A DNA stretch of 64,000 nt from an uncultured Candidatus Saccharibacteria bacterium (GCA_964464735.1 CAYXKF010000001.1:35690-99689), one strand, 5' to 3'. Positions 29,215 to 39,906 are shown, numbered from the stretch's first letter. Notes: a model not told the origin generated them from the letters alone. Translations and numbers: made by a program.

Positions 29215-29271
29215 TGATATAAATTCAACCTTATTTTAATTTTTAACGAACCCTAAAAAAAGGAGGTTACG

Positions 29272-29796
29272 ATGCCGATAAAAGGATTAGTGCGCGGAAT
29301 TGCGAATCCGTTGCGAATAGAAAAGATGGAGGTGGGAGAAACAGCTTACATGTATTTTGATGAGGTATTTCTTAGTCAGGATATTCTCTATGTTCATGCG
29401 TTTACCCAAGTTATCAATCAAAGCAATTTTGATACCTTAGAGAAATTCCTAAAGGAAAAGTATATCACCATTAAAAGGCTGGGTATGGGATTTACTGATA
29501 AGGATTTTGAACTTGACTTCTCAAGCCTTGCGCCTGATTTCTTCTTATCGATTGAAAGCCCGATCCCGCTTAAAAATATGCCGGTGGACGAAAGGAGCCA
29601 GTACTTATTTTTTCATGATTTTGATCTTGGGATAGCAGAAATTGAAGTCGTAAGCCCGTTAGGTGCCAGTGATGAACTAAACGAACATACGCCCTTGAAT
29701 GTTCTCGAGGAAAAGCTTGTAGAAGCAGAGGATAGTCAGGATTATGAAACGGCCTCAAAGATACGCGATTTCATAGCAAAACAGAAAGAGAAGTAG
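29272..29796 (+). CDS. orphan protein with C-terminal UVR-like motif
   Basis: LEEKLVEAEDSQDYETASKIRDFI matches the UvrB/UvrC-type (E)xYExAxxIRD motif. Confidence 0.7.
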   Translation: MPIKGLVRGIANPLRIEKMEVGETAYMYFDEVFLSQDILYVHAFTQVINQSNFDTLEKFLKEKYITIKRLGMGFTDKDFELDFSSLAPDFFLSIESPIPLKNMPVDERSQYLFFHDFDLGIAEIEVVSPLGASDELNEHTPLNVLEEKLVEAEDSQDYETASKIRDFIAKQKEK

Positions 29797-29819
29797 AATC
29801 GTAAGTAATTGTTTGTGTT

Positions 29820-29849
29820 AAAATCCCTGCCCAAAAAGCAGGGATTTTT
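29820..29849 (+). terminator. intrinsic terminator
   Basis: AAAATCCCTGC-CCAAAAA-GCAGGGATTTTT. Confidence 0.8.
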
Positions 29850-29914
29850 AAACTATATTTTTAGACTAAATCAAGTACTCCCTGTGCTCAGAAAATGCTA
29901 TAATTCCAAGCATC

Positions 29915-30553
29915 ATGATCGTAACGTATTTTGGGAATTCCTATCTGAAATTCCAGGTAGGAAGCTATGTTATTGCCGTTAATCCGCCTAAAAAAGGATC
30001 GGGCGTGCCGGTGTTTGGCGCAGACGTCGTTTTGTGTTCGGCGCTTGATGAAATGCATCACGGCGTCGAGACCGTAACGTTTGGCGCAAAGACCCCGTTT
30101 TTAATTGACGGTCCGGGCGAATACGAAGTGGGCGACATTTTTATCCGTGGCGTCGGCGCGCAAACCAAAGCGCACGGCTACGTAACGTCATATTCGTTTA
30201 AGTTCGATGACATTTCGGTTTGCATAATCGCTCCAGTGTCAAATATCGAAGAATTAGGAAACGAATTTTACGAGATCGTCGAAGATGTGGGCATTTTGTG
30301 CGTGCCAATCGCGGGCGGTGACTTCTTGGATTCGCATGCGGCGCATAAGCTTGCTGTTTCGCTTGAAGCAAAGCTGGTGATCCCGTTGGGTGCCGAAGAA
30401 AGTAAGGCTGATAAGGACGCGCTTTCAAGCTTTCTTAAAGAGTCAGGTGCCAAGGATGCTACAACAATGGACAAGCTTACCATTAAAAAATCCGAACTGG
30501 GCGGCAAGGAATGCGTGCCGGTGGTATTGTCGGCAATGAAGAAGGGCGATTAA
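29915..30553 (+). CDS. MBL-fold metallo-hydrolase-like protein with degenerate metal motif
   Basis: MIVTYFGNS, IDGPGEYEVGD, VPIAGG, LEAKLVIP; lacks HxHxDH. Confidence 0.75.
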   Translation: MIVTYFGNSYLKFQVGSYVIAVNPPKKGSGVPVFGADVVLCSALDEMHHGVETVTFGAKTPFLIDGPGEYEVGDIFIRGVGAQTKAHGYVTSYSFKFDDISVCIIAPVSNIEELGNEFYEIVEDVGILCVPIAGGDFLDSHAAHKLAVSLEAKLVIPLGAEESKADKDALSSFLKESGAKDATTMDKLTIKKSELGGKECVPVVLSAMKKGD

Positions 30554-30557
30554 CTAT

Positions 30558-30797
30558 ATGGCAAAAATACTGCATCACATCCGAAAACAGCCCGAGCATG
30601 TGCGCGTGCGCTACATGTATTTGACCGTAGGCGTCATTGCCGTGGTTATTATTATTCTGTGGCTTATCGGACTGACGTATAAATTGTCGCGCGTGCAAGT
30701 GCAAGACGACCTAAACCGTCAGCAAACGACGCTTGAAACTTTAACCACCGATTCAGTGTATCCAAGCGCTACGCCCGACGCAATTATTGTCCAATAA
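30558..30797 (+). CDS. small membrane protein
   Basis: 79 aa, single TM after RKQPEHVR. Confidence 0.65.
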   Translation: MAKILHHIRKQPEHVRVRYMYLTVGVIAVVIIILWLIGLTYKLSRVQVQDDLNRQQTTLETLTTDSVYPSATPDAIIVQ

Positions 30798-30813
30798 TTA
30801 GTAATTCTTTATT

Positions 30814-33291
30814 ATGCCGCGAGCTAAAACAAACTCAAAAGACGAATCACCTGAAGCGACACCGCGCGAAGGTATTGTTCCAATCAATATCACCGCTGAA
30901 ATCAAGGAATCGTTTTTGGCGTATTCGATGTCAGTCATCACATCACGCGCATTGCCTGACGTGCGCGACGGGCTTAAGCCGGTACATCGTCGTATTTTAT
31001 ATTCGCTTCACGAAAACGGCTTGACGGCTGCGGCAAAATTTCGAAAGTCCGCATTTATCGTGGGTGACGTGTTAGGTAAATATCACCCGCATGGCGATAC
31101 GTCAGTATATGACTCGATGGTCAACATGGCGCAAGATTTCTCATATCGTTATCCTTTGGTGTGGGGGCAGGGAAACTTGGGATCAATCGACGGGGATGCT
31201 CCGGCCGCGATGCGTTATACCGAAGCAAAGATGTCTCGTTTGGCAGGCGAACTGTTGCGCGATATCGACAAAAATACGGTTGATTTTCGCCCCAACTATG
31301 ACGAAACCCGAAACGAACCAGTGGTGCTTCCAACTGTTGTGCCAAGTCTTTTGCTTAACGGAACGCTTGGTATCGCCGTTGGTATGGCAACCAATATTCC
31401 TCCGCATAACTTAGGCGAACTAATCGACGCGTGCGTAACACTGATCAACGATCCAAAAGCGACCAACGAAGATTTGCTTGAATTTGTCAAAGGCCCTGAT
31501 TTTCCAACGGGCGGCGTCATTTACGGAAAGACCGATATTAAGCATGCGTACACAACTGGACGCGGCGGTGTCGTAACACGCGGTGAGGCAACTATTTCTG
31601 ACGGCGCACGCGGCACATCGCAGATTGTCATAACGTCGATTCCGTATCGCGTAAACAAGTCGGCCTTGATCATGAAGATCGCCGAACTGAAGATGGAGAA
31701 AAAACTTGAGGGTATTAAGGAACTTCGCGACGAATCAACAACCGACATCCGCATCGTGATCGAACTAAAAACCGGCGCGCATCCACAAAAGGTATTGAAC
31801 TATTTATATAAGCACACCGACCTCGAGCAAAACTTCAACTTTAACATGGTTGCATTGGTCGACGGCATCCCGCAAACACTGTCGCTGCGCGATTTTTTGA
31901 CCGCATTTCTTGATCACCGCATGGTGGTGATCCGTCGCCGAAGTGAGTTTGACCTGGCAAAAGCAAAAGCGCGCGAACATATTTTAGAAGGGCTAACCAA
32001 GGCACTTGATCATATTGACGAGATCATCAAGTTAATCAAAGCATCGGCCGACGTAAATGTCGCGCGCGAAAACTTGATGAAAAAATTTAAGTTTTCAGAA
32101 ATCCAAGCAAACGCGATTCTGGAAATGAAACTGCAAAAACTTGCCGGTCTTGAACGAAAGAAAATCGAAGAGGAGCTTAAGGAAGTTCGCAAGGTCATTG
32201 CATATCTTGAAGATTTGCTTAAATCGCCTAAAAAGATGCTTGCCGTCATTGAGGACGAACTGGTCGAGATCCGCGAAAAATATGCCGACGAACGGCGAAC
32301 CAAAGTGGTCAAAGCAGCAGTCGGAAGTTTGTCCGACGAAGACCTGATTCCTGATACCCAAGCCGTATTGGTGTACACCGCCGACCAATATATTAAGCGC
32401 GTTGATCCGTCAGAATTTCGCACCCAAAAGCGCGGTGGTGTGGGCGTGTCTGACAACAGCATGAAAGAAGAAGACGTCATTACGCACATTTTGACATCTT
32501 CGACGCATAGCGATTTGTTATTCTTTACTGACCGCGGAAAGGTGTATCAAATCAAGATGTTCGAACTTCCTGAAGGCAAGCGCACAACGCGCGGAAAATC
32601 AATCCGCAACTTCTTGGGACTATCTGATACCGAACGGGTTACATCTATTTTGGCAATGCCAAAAGATGTTAAGAACTCGTCGGTAAACCTGATGCTTGGT
32701 ACCAAGGGCGGTACCATGAAAAAAGTCGCAATCGACAGCTTTAAGCAGGTGCGCGCAAGCGGCATCATTGCGATTTCGCTTGATGACAAAGACGAATTGT
32801 TGGGTGCACACTTTGTTGATAAGGACGATACTGTTTTGTTGGTATCGGCCGACGGGCAATCGATTCGATTTGAAGAATCTGATATTCGTGTTATGGGCCG
32901 AACAGCCGGAGGCGTGCGTGCCATGAAGCTTGATAAGGATGATTACATTGTTGGCATGAACGTTGCGGGTAAAAATACTGATGCAAAAACGACCGTACTA
33001 GTGCTTGCACAAAACGGATACGGAAAGCAGACCGAAATTTCAGAATACAAGGTGCAAAACCGCGGCGGATCAGGTATTAAAGTAATGCAAGTAACCGACA
33101 AGACCGGCTTGGTGGTTGGCGTACAAATTGTAAACAACGAGACCGAATTGATTGCTATTTCGCAAAAAGGGCAGGTGATTCGAACTGAACTAAAATCTAT
33201 TCCGGTACTTTCACGCGCAACGCAAGGTGTACGCGTTATGAAGCTTCGAGAAGAAGGCGACAAGGTAGCTTCGTATACGCTTGTCGAATAG
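30814..33291 (+). CDS. gyrA: DNA gyrase subunit A
   Basis: [29 protein letters not shown], GyrA-box QKRGGVG, beta-pinwheel CTD. Confidence 0.96.
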   Translation: MPRAKTNSKDESPEATPREGIVPINITAEIKESFLAYSMSVITSRALPDVRDGLKPVHRRILYSLHENGLTAAAKFRKSAFIVGDVLGKYHPHGDTSVYDSMVNMAQDFSYRYPLVWGQGNLGSIDGDAPAAMRYTEAKMSRLAGELLRDIDKNTVDFRPNYDETRNEPVVLPTVVPSLLLNGTLGIAVGMATNIPPHNLGELIDACVTLINDPKATNEDLLEFVKGPDFPTGGVIYGKTDIKHAYTTGRGGVVTRGEATISDGARGTSQIVITSIPYRVNKSALIMKIAELKMEKKLEGIKELRDESTTDIRIVIELKTGAHPQKVLNYLYKHTDLEQNFNFNMVALVDGIPQTLSLRDFLTAFLDHRMVVIRRRSEFDLAKAKAREHILEGLTKALDHIDEIIKLIKASADVNVARENLMKKFKFSEIQANAILEMKLQKLAGLERKKIEEELKEVRKVIAYLEDLLKSPKKMLAVIEDELVEIREKYADERRTKVVKAAVGSLSDEDLIPDTQAVLVYTADQYIKRVDPSEFRTQKRGGVGVSDNSMKEEDVITHILTSSTHSDLLFFTDRGKVYQIKMFELPEGKRTTRGKSIRNFLGLSDTERVTSILAMPKDVKNSSVNLMLGTKGGTMKKVAIDSFKQVRASGIIAISLDDKDELLGAHFVDKDDTVLLVSADGQSIRFEESDIRVMGRTAGGVRAMKLDKDDYIVGMNVAGKNTDAKTTVLVLAQNGYGKQTEISEYKVQNRGGSGIKVMQVTDKTGLVVGVQIVNNETELIAISQKGQVIRTELKSIPVLSRATQGVRVMKLREEGDKVASYTLVE

Positions 33292-33342
33292 TAATCCCCT
33301 AAAAATATTTTTACCATGTCGTATCCGTGCTATACTTTTGCC

Positions 33343-33864
33343 ATGCACGCATTTGAAGCTGCGGTAAACGAACTTGCCTTACAACAAACCGACCATGTCA
33401 TGATTGCGGGAATACTTCCGACGTGGCACGAACTATTGCTTGTCATACAACGCCTTGATGTTACCAAGGGCAGTGTTTTGATACCTCAAGCTGATTTGGG
33501 GCGTGCAAAACACATGATGCAATCAATCAATCAGCAAGGGCTTGCACATGCCGTTATTGCATATCAAGGAATGATTGACGCACCGTATGGTGCGATCGTA
33601 AAAGAGGAAAGCGTTGACGCGTTATTATACGTGCCTCAAAAAAGTGATGATATTGATGTGGCGGCGCAAGAAATAAAACGCATCGTAAAACATGGACGCA
33701 AGGTTGCCATTATTGAACAAACGCCGGCTCATCCACTTGCAAAAGGAATTGTTTTGCATTCGGTTGCTGCGGCGCTCCAAAAAGCTGGCTTCTCGTTGGT
33801 GCACACTGCAACTGCTGCACGCACGCATACCGTTTCGGTATTGGTTTCGCCAAAATCTGTATAG
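33343..33864 (+). CDS. degenerate methyltransferase-fold protein
   Basis: ESVDALL..EIKRIVKHGRKVAIIE..LQKAGF resembles a class I MTase C-terminal half; no GxGxG. Confidence 0.5.
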   Translation: MHAFEAAVNELALQQTDHVMIAGILPTWHELLLVIQRLDVTKGSVLIPQADLGRAKHMMQSINQQGLAHAVIAYQGMIDAPYGAIVKEESVDALLYVPQKSDDIDVAAQEIKRIVKHGRKVAIIEQTPAHPLAKGIVLHSVAAALQKAGFSLVHTATAARTHTVSVLVSPKSV

Positions 33865-33901
33865 CGTATCAGTCGGCGATGCGATATAATTACACTATAG
33901 T

Positions 33902-35281
33902 ATGGGCAAGCTCTCGACATTTCAATTAATACTGGGCGGCGTCTTTGTTGCTTTTATTATCATTGGATTTTTATATTTCACATCGGCGGGCAAAAAAAAT
34001 GCCAACGCGCCAAAAGGGCAATACAGCGGTACGGTCACTATTTGGAGCATCATTCCGCGCGAACTTATCCAGGCACCGATTGCAAAATTCCAAGCTGACA
34101 ACGAAGCGGTGCGCATCACGTACCGGCAAATTAACGAAAGCGAAATCACGGCCGAAGTCATTAACGCCTTAGCGCAAGGCACCGGGCCCGACATTTTGAT
34201 GTTTCCAGCCGAACGGTTAATCCAGCTGCGCGGTATCTTATACCCGATTTCATATGCCAACATTTCGCAGGACGTATTCATGCAAAAATTTATCGATGGC
34301 GCGTCGGTCTTAATGCAACCCGAAGGCATTTATGGGCTGCCCGTTTTGGTTGACCCGATGGTCATGTATGTGAACCGTGATATTTTAAATAGTACATTTA
34401 TTGCAAACGCTCCGCAGTATTGGGACGAATTTCCTAATTTGGTACCAAATGTTACGCAAAAAAATAATGCCGGACTTATTACCCGTTCGACTGTGGCACT
34501 TGGCTTTCCGTTAAATATCAGTCATGTTGCCGACATTATGACCGCGCTTTTCATGCAGTTGGGCAGCACCATGGTTGCAACGGATGATTTTGGCGAAACG
34601 GGCGGGGGGATCCAATACCGCCTTGCACTTCGTGGGCCGGGCAAATTTAGTGCGCGCCCTATTGCCGACGCGTTTGAATACGCAGTTGCATTTTCGGATC
34701 CGGCAAAAACAACGTATACCTGGTCGGCAGGGCTTCCATTGTCACGCGACTATTTTGTGGGCGACCGGTTGCTTGCATACTTTGGATACGCCAGCGAATA
34801 TGGCATACTGCGTTCGCTTAATCCAAACCTAAACTTTTCGATCGAAATGCTGCCGCAGATGCGCGTCAGTTCAACCAAGGCGACTTTTGGAAAAATCTAT
34901 GCCTTGGGCATGACCAAAAAATCGCAAAATGTCGCTGCGTCATTCGCGCTGATGAACGCGATCGTGCAGCCTGATGTCATGCAGCCGGTTTATACTTCCA
35001 TGGGCTTGCCGCCGGTATTCAAGTCATCGCTTGCCGCCATGCCTAATGATCATCGTTCGACTGTCACGCGGCAGTCCGCCCTTATTACCAAGTCGTGGCT
35101 TAACCCGCTTGTTGAAGCATACGATACTACCGTTATTCAAAGTTTGCAGCGTGTCCTTTCGGGAGAATTGTCGCCTGCGCAAGTTGCCAACGAAATGGAC
35201 ACCGCACTTGCTCCGCTGTTCGATAGTGTTAACGAACAAAATGCTAAAAATGCTTCGGCTGCCGCCGCGGCAAAACAATAA
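33902..35281 (+). CDS. membrane-anchored extracellular solute-binding-family protein
   Basis: N-terminal TM; ALAQGTGPDI, IYGLPVLVDPMVMYVNRDIL, YFGYASE. Confidence 0.85.
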   Translation: MGKLSTFQLILGGVFVAFIIIGFLYFTSAGKKNANAPKGQYSGTVTIWSIIPRELIQAPIAKFQADNEAVRITYRQINESEITAEVINALAQGTGPDILMFPAERLIQLRGILYPISYANISQDVFMQKFIDGASVLMQPEGIYGLPVLVDPMVMYVNRDILNSTFIANAPQYWDEFPNLVPNVTQKNNAGLITRSTVALGFPLNISHVADIMTALFMQLGSTMVATDDFGETGGGIQYRLALRGPGKFSARPIADAFEYAVAFSDPAKTTYTWSAGLPLSRDYFVGDRLLAYFGYASEYGILRSLNPNLNFSIEMLPQMRVSSTKATFGKIYALGMTKKSQNVAASFALMNAIVQPDVMQPVYTSMGLPPVFKSSLAAMPNDHRSTVTRQSALITKSWLNPLVEAYDTTVIQSLQRVLSGELSPAQVANEMDTALAPLFDSVNEQNAKNASAAAAAKQ

Positions 35282-35320
35282 GCTTTTGTCGTAAGGATCA
35301 TGTGGTATAATGCTTCTTAC

Positions 35321-36592
35321 ATGAATTTTGCCCAGGCCAAGACTATTACTGGCTATAACCAATTTTTTAAATGCATCATTATTGCGATCGCTTTTTTTAC
35401 TTGTTTCTTTTCGATCGCCTTGGTGTCGCATGCCGAAGGGGGAATTGTTTTTACTGGTGTCACCTTAAAACCCGATACCGCCGCGGCAAACGGAACGTAT
35501 ATTTTGTCAGGCAATCTTAAGCTGCTTAGTGGCAGTACAAATGGCACAAGCGCGCCCGTAGGCTTAACGCTTGTCGACTTGTCGACTGGCGGTACACAGA
35601 CGTCAGCGCTTGGTACATATACGGTTGGTGCCGCGGCTCCTTTTTCGGTCAAAGGGCTTACGGGTACTTCGTATCGCTTTAATCATTCAATAAATAACCA
35701 GACTGTTGCAGCGTTTACTATTATTTCGTACACCGGTCCTGCGGCAATGGCGCTTACCCCAACATATTCTGACGTAAAGCTCGAGGCCGATTCTGTCAAT
35801 CAGGGTAAATATATTTTGTCAGGAAAAATGAATCTAGCCGGCGGCACCGGTACTTTTCAGTTTACCTCGATCGAAACAAAGGGAACAGGTGAGACTGCTT
35901 TTGCGTCAAAAGCACAAACTGGATCACCAAGCTTTGGTGCTACAGCTGCGTTCAGTGTAAATAATTTAACTAAAACTTCGTACGAATGGTATCCAAAAGT
36001 TACCTATAATAATCAGGTGTATACTGTGGGAACTCCACAGACAATATCGGTTGGGGGAACGAACCAAGGTACCAATCCGCCAAACCAAAACCAGCAAAAT
36101 TCCCAAAATAATAATCAAAGTAATCCGACAACGCAAAATACCACACAAACGACTGTGGCCGGTGGCAACGGACTTTTTGATGAATTTAAAAATGGCCTTG
36201 TTCACTGCGGCCGAAAAGTTGCCGACCCGGCGCGGGGTATTACGACAAAGCCGTGCACATTTGACGACTTAATTATTTTGGCAAGCCGCATTATCCGCTT
36301 TGCGATGTATCTTATTGTAGTTGCAGCAGCGATCGTCGTTATATGGATCGGTTGGATTTACTTATCGGCAGGTGGCAATACCGAAAAGGTCGCCAAGGCA
36401 AAACATGCGGCAACCAGTTGGGTTATTGGCGTCGTGTTGGTCATGTGCGCTTGGCTAATTGTCAGTTTCGTATTGCGAAGTTTCTTAAGCAAAGAGTATC
36501 TTCAAAAGCATCCGAACGCATTATTGCTTGAAAAAGTGGATGACGCATCGACACAAAATAAATCATTACAAGACATTATTACCGGACAATAA
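35321..36592 (+). CDS. VirB2/TrbC-like pilin with two N-terminal beta-rich repeats
   Basis: Signal peptide; C-terminal pilin hairpin GLVHCG..CTFDDL..GWIYLSAGGNTEKVAKAK..W..G..LVMCAWLIV. Confidence 0.82.
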   Translation: MNFAQAKTITGYNQFFKCIIIAIAFFTCFFSIALVSHAEGGIVFTGVTLKPDTAAANGTYILSGNLKLLSGSTNGTSAPVGLTLVDLSTGGTQTSALGTYTVGAAAPFSVKGLTGTSYRFNHSINNQTVAAFTIISYTGPAAMALTPTYSDVKLEADSVNQGKYILSGKMNLAGGTGTFQFTSIETKGTGETAFASKAQTGSPSFGATAAFSVNNLTKTSYEWYPKVTYNNQVYTVGTPQTISVGGTNQGTNPPNQNQQNSQNNNQSNPTTQNTTQTTVAGGNGLFDEFKNGLVHCGRKVADPARGITTKPCTFDDLIILASRIIRFAMYLIVVAAAIVVIWIGWIYLSAGGNTEKVAKAKHAATSWVIGVVLVMCAWLIVSFVLRSFLSKEYLQKHPNALLLEKVDDASTQNKSLQDIITGQ

Positions 36593-36594
36593 TT

Positions 36595-37449
36595 ATGAAA
36601 AAGTTTACCTTTGTATCAGCAGTATGTACAGTTGCCACTTTTGCCTTTTTGATTACTGGGCATTTGGTAATGGCCCAAACAACGCCGGATGCGCAGTTTA
36701 GTACCACATTCTCGAATGCGTCACTTCTTCAACAAACAGCACCTTCAGATACTTCTAAGTATGTCTTGCAGGCAACTGCAAAAGTTATTAATAATTCAAA
36801 TGGGGCTATAATAAACCCTGCCAACGCGGCATTCCCAGCATACTTTGTAAAGATAACCGGCAGCAATGGGACAAGTATCGAATCTGCCCATAACGCAGCG
36901 CATGCATTTGGCAGCCCATTTACGTTTACCGAAACAAATCTTTCGTTGCCGCCGCCCTATACTTACCAATTATCTATTACATATCAGGGGCAAAAAAAGG
37001 TAGTAAGTTCGCCGCAGACCATAGCTTTGACTGGAGGTGCTGACAGTAATGGTAATCAACCTTTTAATCCTGCAGGAAGCCCGCAGGGAACTGACTCGGA
37101 AGCTTTCAATCCTGCAGGTTCACCAGAGTCGCAGGATCAGGCGTTAGAACTTGATTCTACTTCAAAACATCTACTTGAAAATCCACTAAAGGTAAATTCG
37201 ATCCAAGAACTAATTGCCGAAATTCTTAAGGTCATTTTGATCATTGCGATCCCCGTCATTGCGATCTTTATTGTCATTGCCGGATTCCGTTACGTCATGG
37301 CGCGCGGCCAACCGAGCGAGCTTGAAGTTGCGCATCGTAATATTTTGTTCGTGATCGTAGGTGCTGGGCTTATCATCGGATGCGTGCTCATTGTCGACGT
37401 GATCACCACGACCATTAATGATATTAAGGCTGATGTTCAGCAACAATAA
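36595..37449 (+). CDS. VirB2/TrbC-like pilin with N-terminal extension
   Basis: LENPL..SIQEL..AGFRYVMARG...A...ILFVIVG. Confidence 0.85.
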   Translation: MKKFTFVSAVCTVATFAFLITGHLVMAQTTPDAQFSTTFSNASLLQQTAPSDTSKYVLQATAKVINNSNGAIINPANAAFPAYFVKITGSNGTSIESAHNAAHAFGSPFTFTETNLSLPPPYTYQLSITYQGQKKVVSSPQTIALTGGADSNGNQPFNPAGSPQGTDSEAFNPAGSPESQDQALELDSTSKHLLENPLKVNSIQELIAEILKVILIIAIPVIAIFIVIAGFRYVMARGQPSELEVAHRNILFVIVGAGLIIGCVLIVDVITTTINDIKADVQQQ

Positions 37450-37453
37450 TCGT

Positions 37454-38071
37454 ATGCGCATATTTGCAATCTTCGTCATATTTTTTACCACGTTCATTCC
37501 TTCGGCATTTGCACAGCAAGGGCAGGGAAACCCGTATTACCAGTCTCCGTCGCAATCAGGTAATCCGGCCTACAATCCGGCAAATGATCCTTTGCTTAAC
37601 ATGCAAGGGCAAGTTAATTTAAACAATACCGAAATGGCCGGATGGTTTGCACAAACCAATGCCGATGTAAGCTCGATCCAAAACGACCCGGCATGGAGTC
37701 CGATTATTACCGTGCAGGGAAACGGCCAAACGACTGGGGCACCCGTTGATACCGCAAGTGCCTGTAAAACAATTAAGATCAAAAGTATTGCCACACTGGC
37801 AGACTTTGTCACTTGTACCATTTCGCGATCATTAATACCGCTTATCTTTGCCTTAGGCGTTATGTTTTTAGCATGGGGTACTACTATGCTGGTTTTGAAT
37901 GCCGGCAACGAAGAAGCGCGCGAAAAGGGTAAAAGCATCATGATCTGGGGGTTGCTTGGGTTCTTTGTCTTGGCATCGGTTTGGGCATTGGTAGGGATAC
38001 TGCTTCGAACCTTCCAGCTTGATACCTCGACCAAGGCGCCCGTACCGTGCTTCCAAGACGGGACGTGCTAA
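37454..38071 (+). CDS. VirB2/TrbC-like pilin with Q/N/P-rich linker
   Basis: LIPLIFALG..WG..NAGNEEAREKGKSIMIWGLLGFFVLASVWALV. Confidence 0.85.
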   Translation: MRIFAIFVIFFTTFIPSAFAQQGQGNPYYQSPSQSGNPAYNPANDPLLNMQGQVNLNNTEMAGWFAQTNADVSSIQNDPAWSPIITVQGNGQTTGAPVDTASACKTIKIKSIATLADFVTCTISRSLIPLIFALGVMFLAWGTTMLVLNAGNEEAREKGKSIMIWGLLGFFVLASVWALVGILLRTFQLDTSTKAPVPCFQDGTC

Positions 38072-38151
38072 TAGAAATATGGTATACTAGCCCAAGAGTT
38101 CGAAAACGGGCTACGATTATTAATTAGTATTTAGTCATTTTAGTTTCACGT

Positions 38152-38514
38152 ATGAAAAAGAAACTTATCGCGCTGGGCTTGGTGTTGGTGCCGTCAATGG
38201 CATTTGCACAGGCAACTGCGTTTACTATCCTAGGAACTGTCGCGCTATTTATCAAGCGTGCGATCCCTATCTTGGTTGCAGCCGCAATCCTGTTCCTTAT
38301 CTTCAATGTAATCCGCTATGTCATTGCGGGTGATGCCGAGAAGCGCGAGGATGCGAAGGGCTACCTTATTTGGAGTTTCGTTGCATTGGCATTCTTTGCC
38401 TTGGTATTCGGTTTGATCAATGTATTGGCGTCAACTTTTGGTATCAACCAGGGTCAAGACATCAACTCGACCGGTGGTGGCGCAAACGATTTCATCCCGA
38501 CTGTTTACTACTAA
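38152..38514 (+). CDS. VirB2/TrbC-like pilin (minimal, possibly major subunit)
   Basis: Signal peptide ..AFAQ; IPILV..RYVIAGDAEKREDAKGYLIW; own TGGTATACT promoter. Confidence 0.85.
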   Translation: MKKKLIALGLVLVPSMAFAQATAFTILGTVALFIKRAIPILVAAAILFLIFNVIRYVIAGDAEKREDAKGYLIWSFVALAFFALVFGLINVLASTFGINQGQDINSTGGGANDFIPTVYY

Positions 38515-38521
38515 GTAATTC

Positions 38522-38827
38522 ATGCTTGCGTGGTTTATTCCCATTACAGTGCGCGCCCAAGAGGTATTAGTACCTCAGGTGGTCAAGTTGATGCAAAGCC
38601 TCAATAAGCACGTCATAAACCCATTGGTTAAGGTATTGTTTGTTGTCGCATTGTTGGTATTTGCCTGGGGAGTCATCGAGTTCTTTTTGGCAAAACAAAC
38701 TAACGAAAGTCTTGAACAAGGACGGCAACACATGTTGTGGGGGATTGTTGGAATGGCGATCATGGGGGGAGTGTTTGGTATCATGTACTTCATCATTTCG
38801 ACCCTTGGCGTAACCTATATCCACTAA
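38522..38827 (+). CDS. VirB2/TrbC-like pilin
   Basis: INPLV..FAWGVIEF..GRQHMLWGIVGMAIM. Confidence 0.82.
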   Translation: MLAWFIPITVRAQEVLVPQVVKLMQSLNKHVINPLVKVLFVVALLVFAWGVIEFFLAKQTNESLEQGRQHMLWGIVGMAIMGGVFGIMYFIISTLGVTYIH

Positions 38828-38843
38828 TAAAACGAGCCACGAA

Positions 38844-38872
38844 AAAAGCCCCTGTATTTTGCAGGGGCTTTT
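38844..38872. terminator. bidirectional terminator
   Basis: AAAAGCCCCTGT-ATTTT-GCAGGGGCTTTT. Confidence 0.8.
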
Positions 38873-38888
38873 AGTTTTAGGCAAATTT

Positions 38889-39893
38889 TTAACTTGCCGT
38901 TTGTGGTTGAACTTTCCAGTAGTAAACAATAAATGTATCACTTACCATGGATTGCATGTAGTAGCTGTAACCAGTATGGTAGTCTAACCTTCCCAGGTTA
39001 TTACTGCCATCTAAAGCTACAGCGATAACATCATTTTTTGTTACGATACCGCCGTTTCTAAAATAAAAATAAGGTTGGTAACCTTTCTCTACTTTAATTA
39101 AGCGGCGATCGTTTTGTTGTAAGTAGAACGTGTCGGCATACATCACGGAGCTGTCTTGATGCGCCATCTTTTTTTCAAGCGTATTGCTTGTTGGTGTTAC
39201 TGTTGCGTACAGCTCATCGTCAGGGCCTTTTAATTTCTTTCTGGCCGAAGAATATGCATTTTCCCGTTCTTCACGAATGCTCGTGGTGAAAGGGCGTAGG
39301 ATGTCAAAATCACTGTCTGATTTTTGTGTTTTACTCGCAGTGCTTTTTTCAGTCGGAGCTGAAAGGAATCCAATAACAACAAATATCGCTACTAATATGC
39401 CAACCGGTTTTGCCCACTTGTAGTGTTTGTCATAATACAAGAAGGTGAAAAATATGGCTACCAGTAGCATGGTCGTAAACATTGCACTCCAGGTCAGCCC
39501 TTGGTGGACGTAGGTAAAAAATCTCCAGTCGCCGTAAATGGAAAAGAATATAAGGAATGCAATTATTCCCAATATCCACCACTTAAAATTCGACCAGAAA
39601 GCTTTAATACCGTTTGTTGTAGTGTTACCACTACTCGTTCCTCCTCCGCTTGAACTGCTGCCTAAGCCGAACAGGGCAGGAATAAGAAAAAGTAGTGAGG
39701 CAACAAGAATAAGTATATAAAAAGCGGCGGGTGCCGCCAAAATGAAGAATGTCCATTTTGCAACGCTCCAATCGCTTAGTAGCCACACTAAAAGTGCAAT
39801 GACTACTGCTGCTACATATATACCTACCCATTTCCAATTACTGGTTGCAGCAGAATTGATTCTGTTGCGCGTGTTGTTGATTTGTGCTTGCAC
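38889..39893 (-). CDS. membrane protein with 5 TM and C-terminal soluble domain (orphan cassette, gene 2)
   Basis: Trp-rich TMs and S/G/T linker; GTG start 13 nt after the stop of the preceding ORF. Confidence 0.7.
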   Translation of the reverse strand: MQAQINNTRNRINSAATSNWKWVGIYVAAVVIALLVWLLSDWSVAKWTFFILAAPAAFYILILVASLLFLIPALFGLGSSSSGGGTSSGNTTTNGIKAFWSNFKWWILGIIAFLIFFSIYGDWRFFTYVHQGLTWSAMFTTMLLVAIFFTFLYYDKHYKWAKPVGILVAIFVVIGFLSAPTEKSTASKTQKSDSDFDILRPFTTSIREERENAYSSARKKLKGPDDELYATVTPTSNTLEKKMAHQDSSVMYADTFYLQQNDRRLIKVEKGYQPYFYFRNGGIVTKNDVIAVALDGSNNLGRLDYHTGYSYYMQSMVSDTFIVYYWKVQPQTAS

Positions 39894-39906
39894 TTTGTTT
39901 AATTTT

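Noticed and set aside
30814-33317. Long antisense or alternate-frame ORFs inside gyrA (likewise recG, ftsH, infB, rpsA)
   Set aside because: Typical shadow ORFs of conserved genes with no independent signals.
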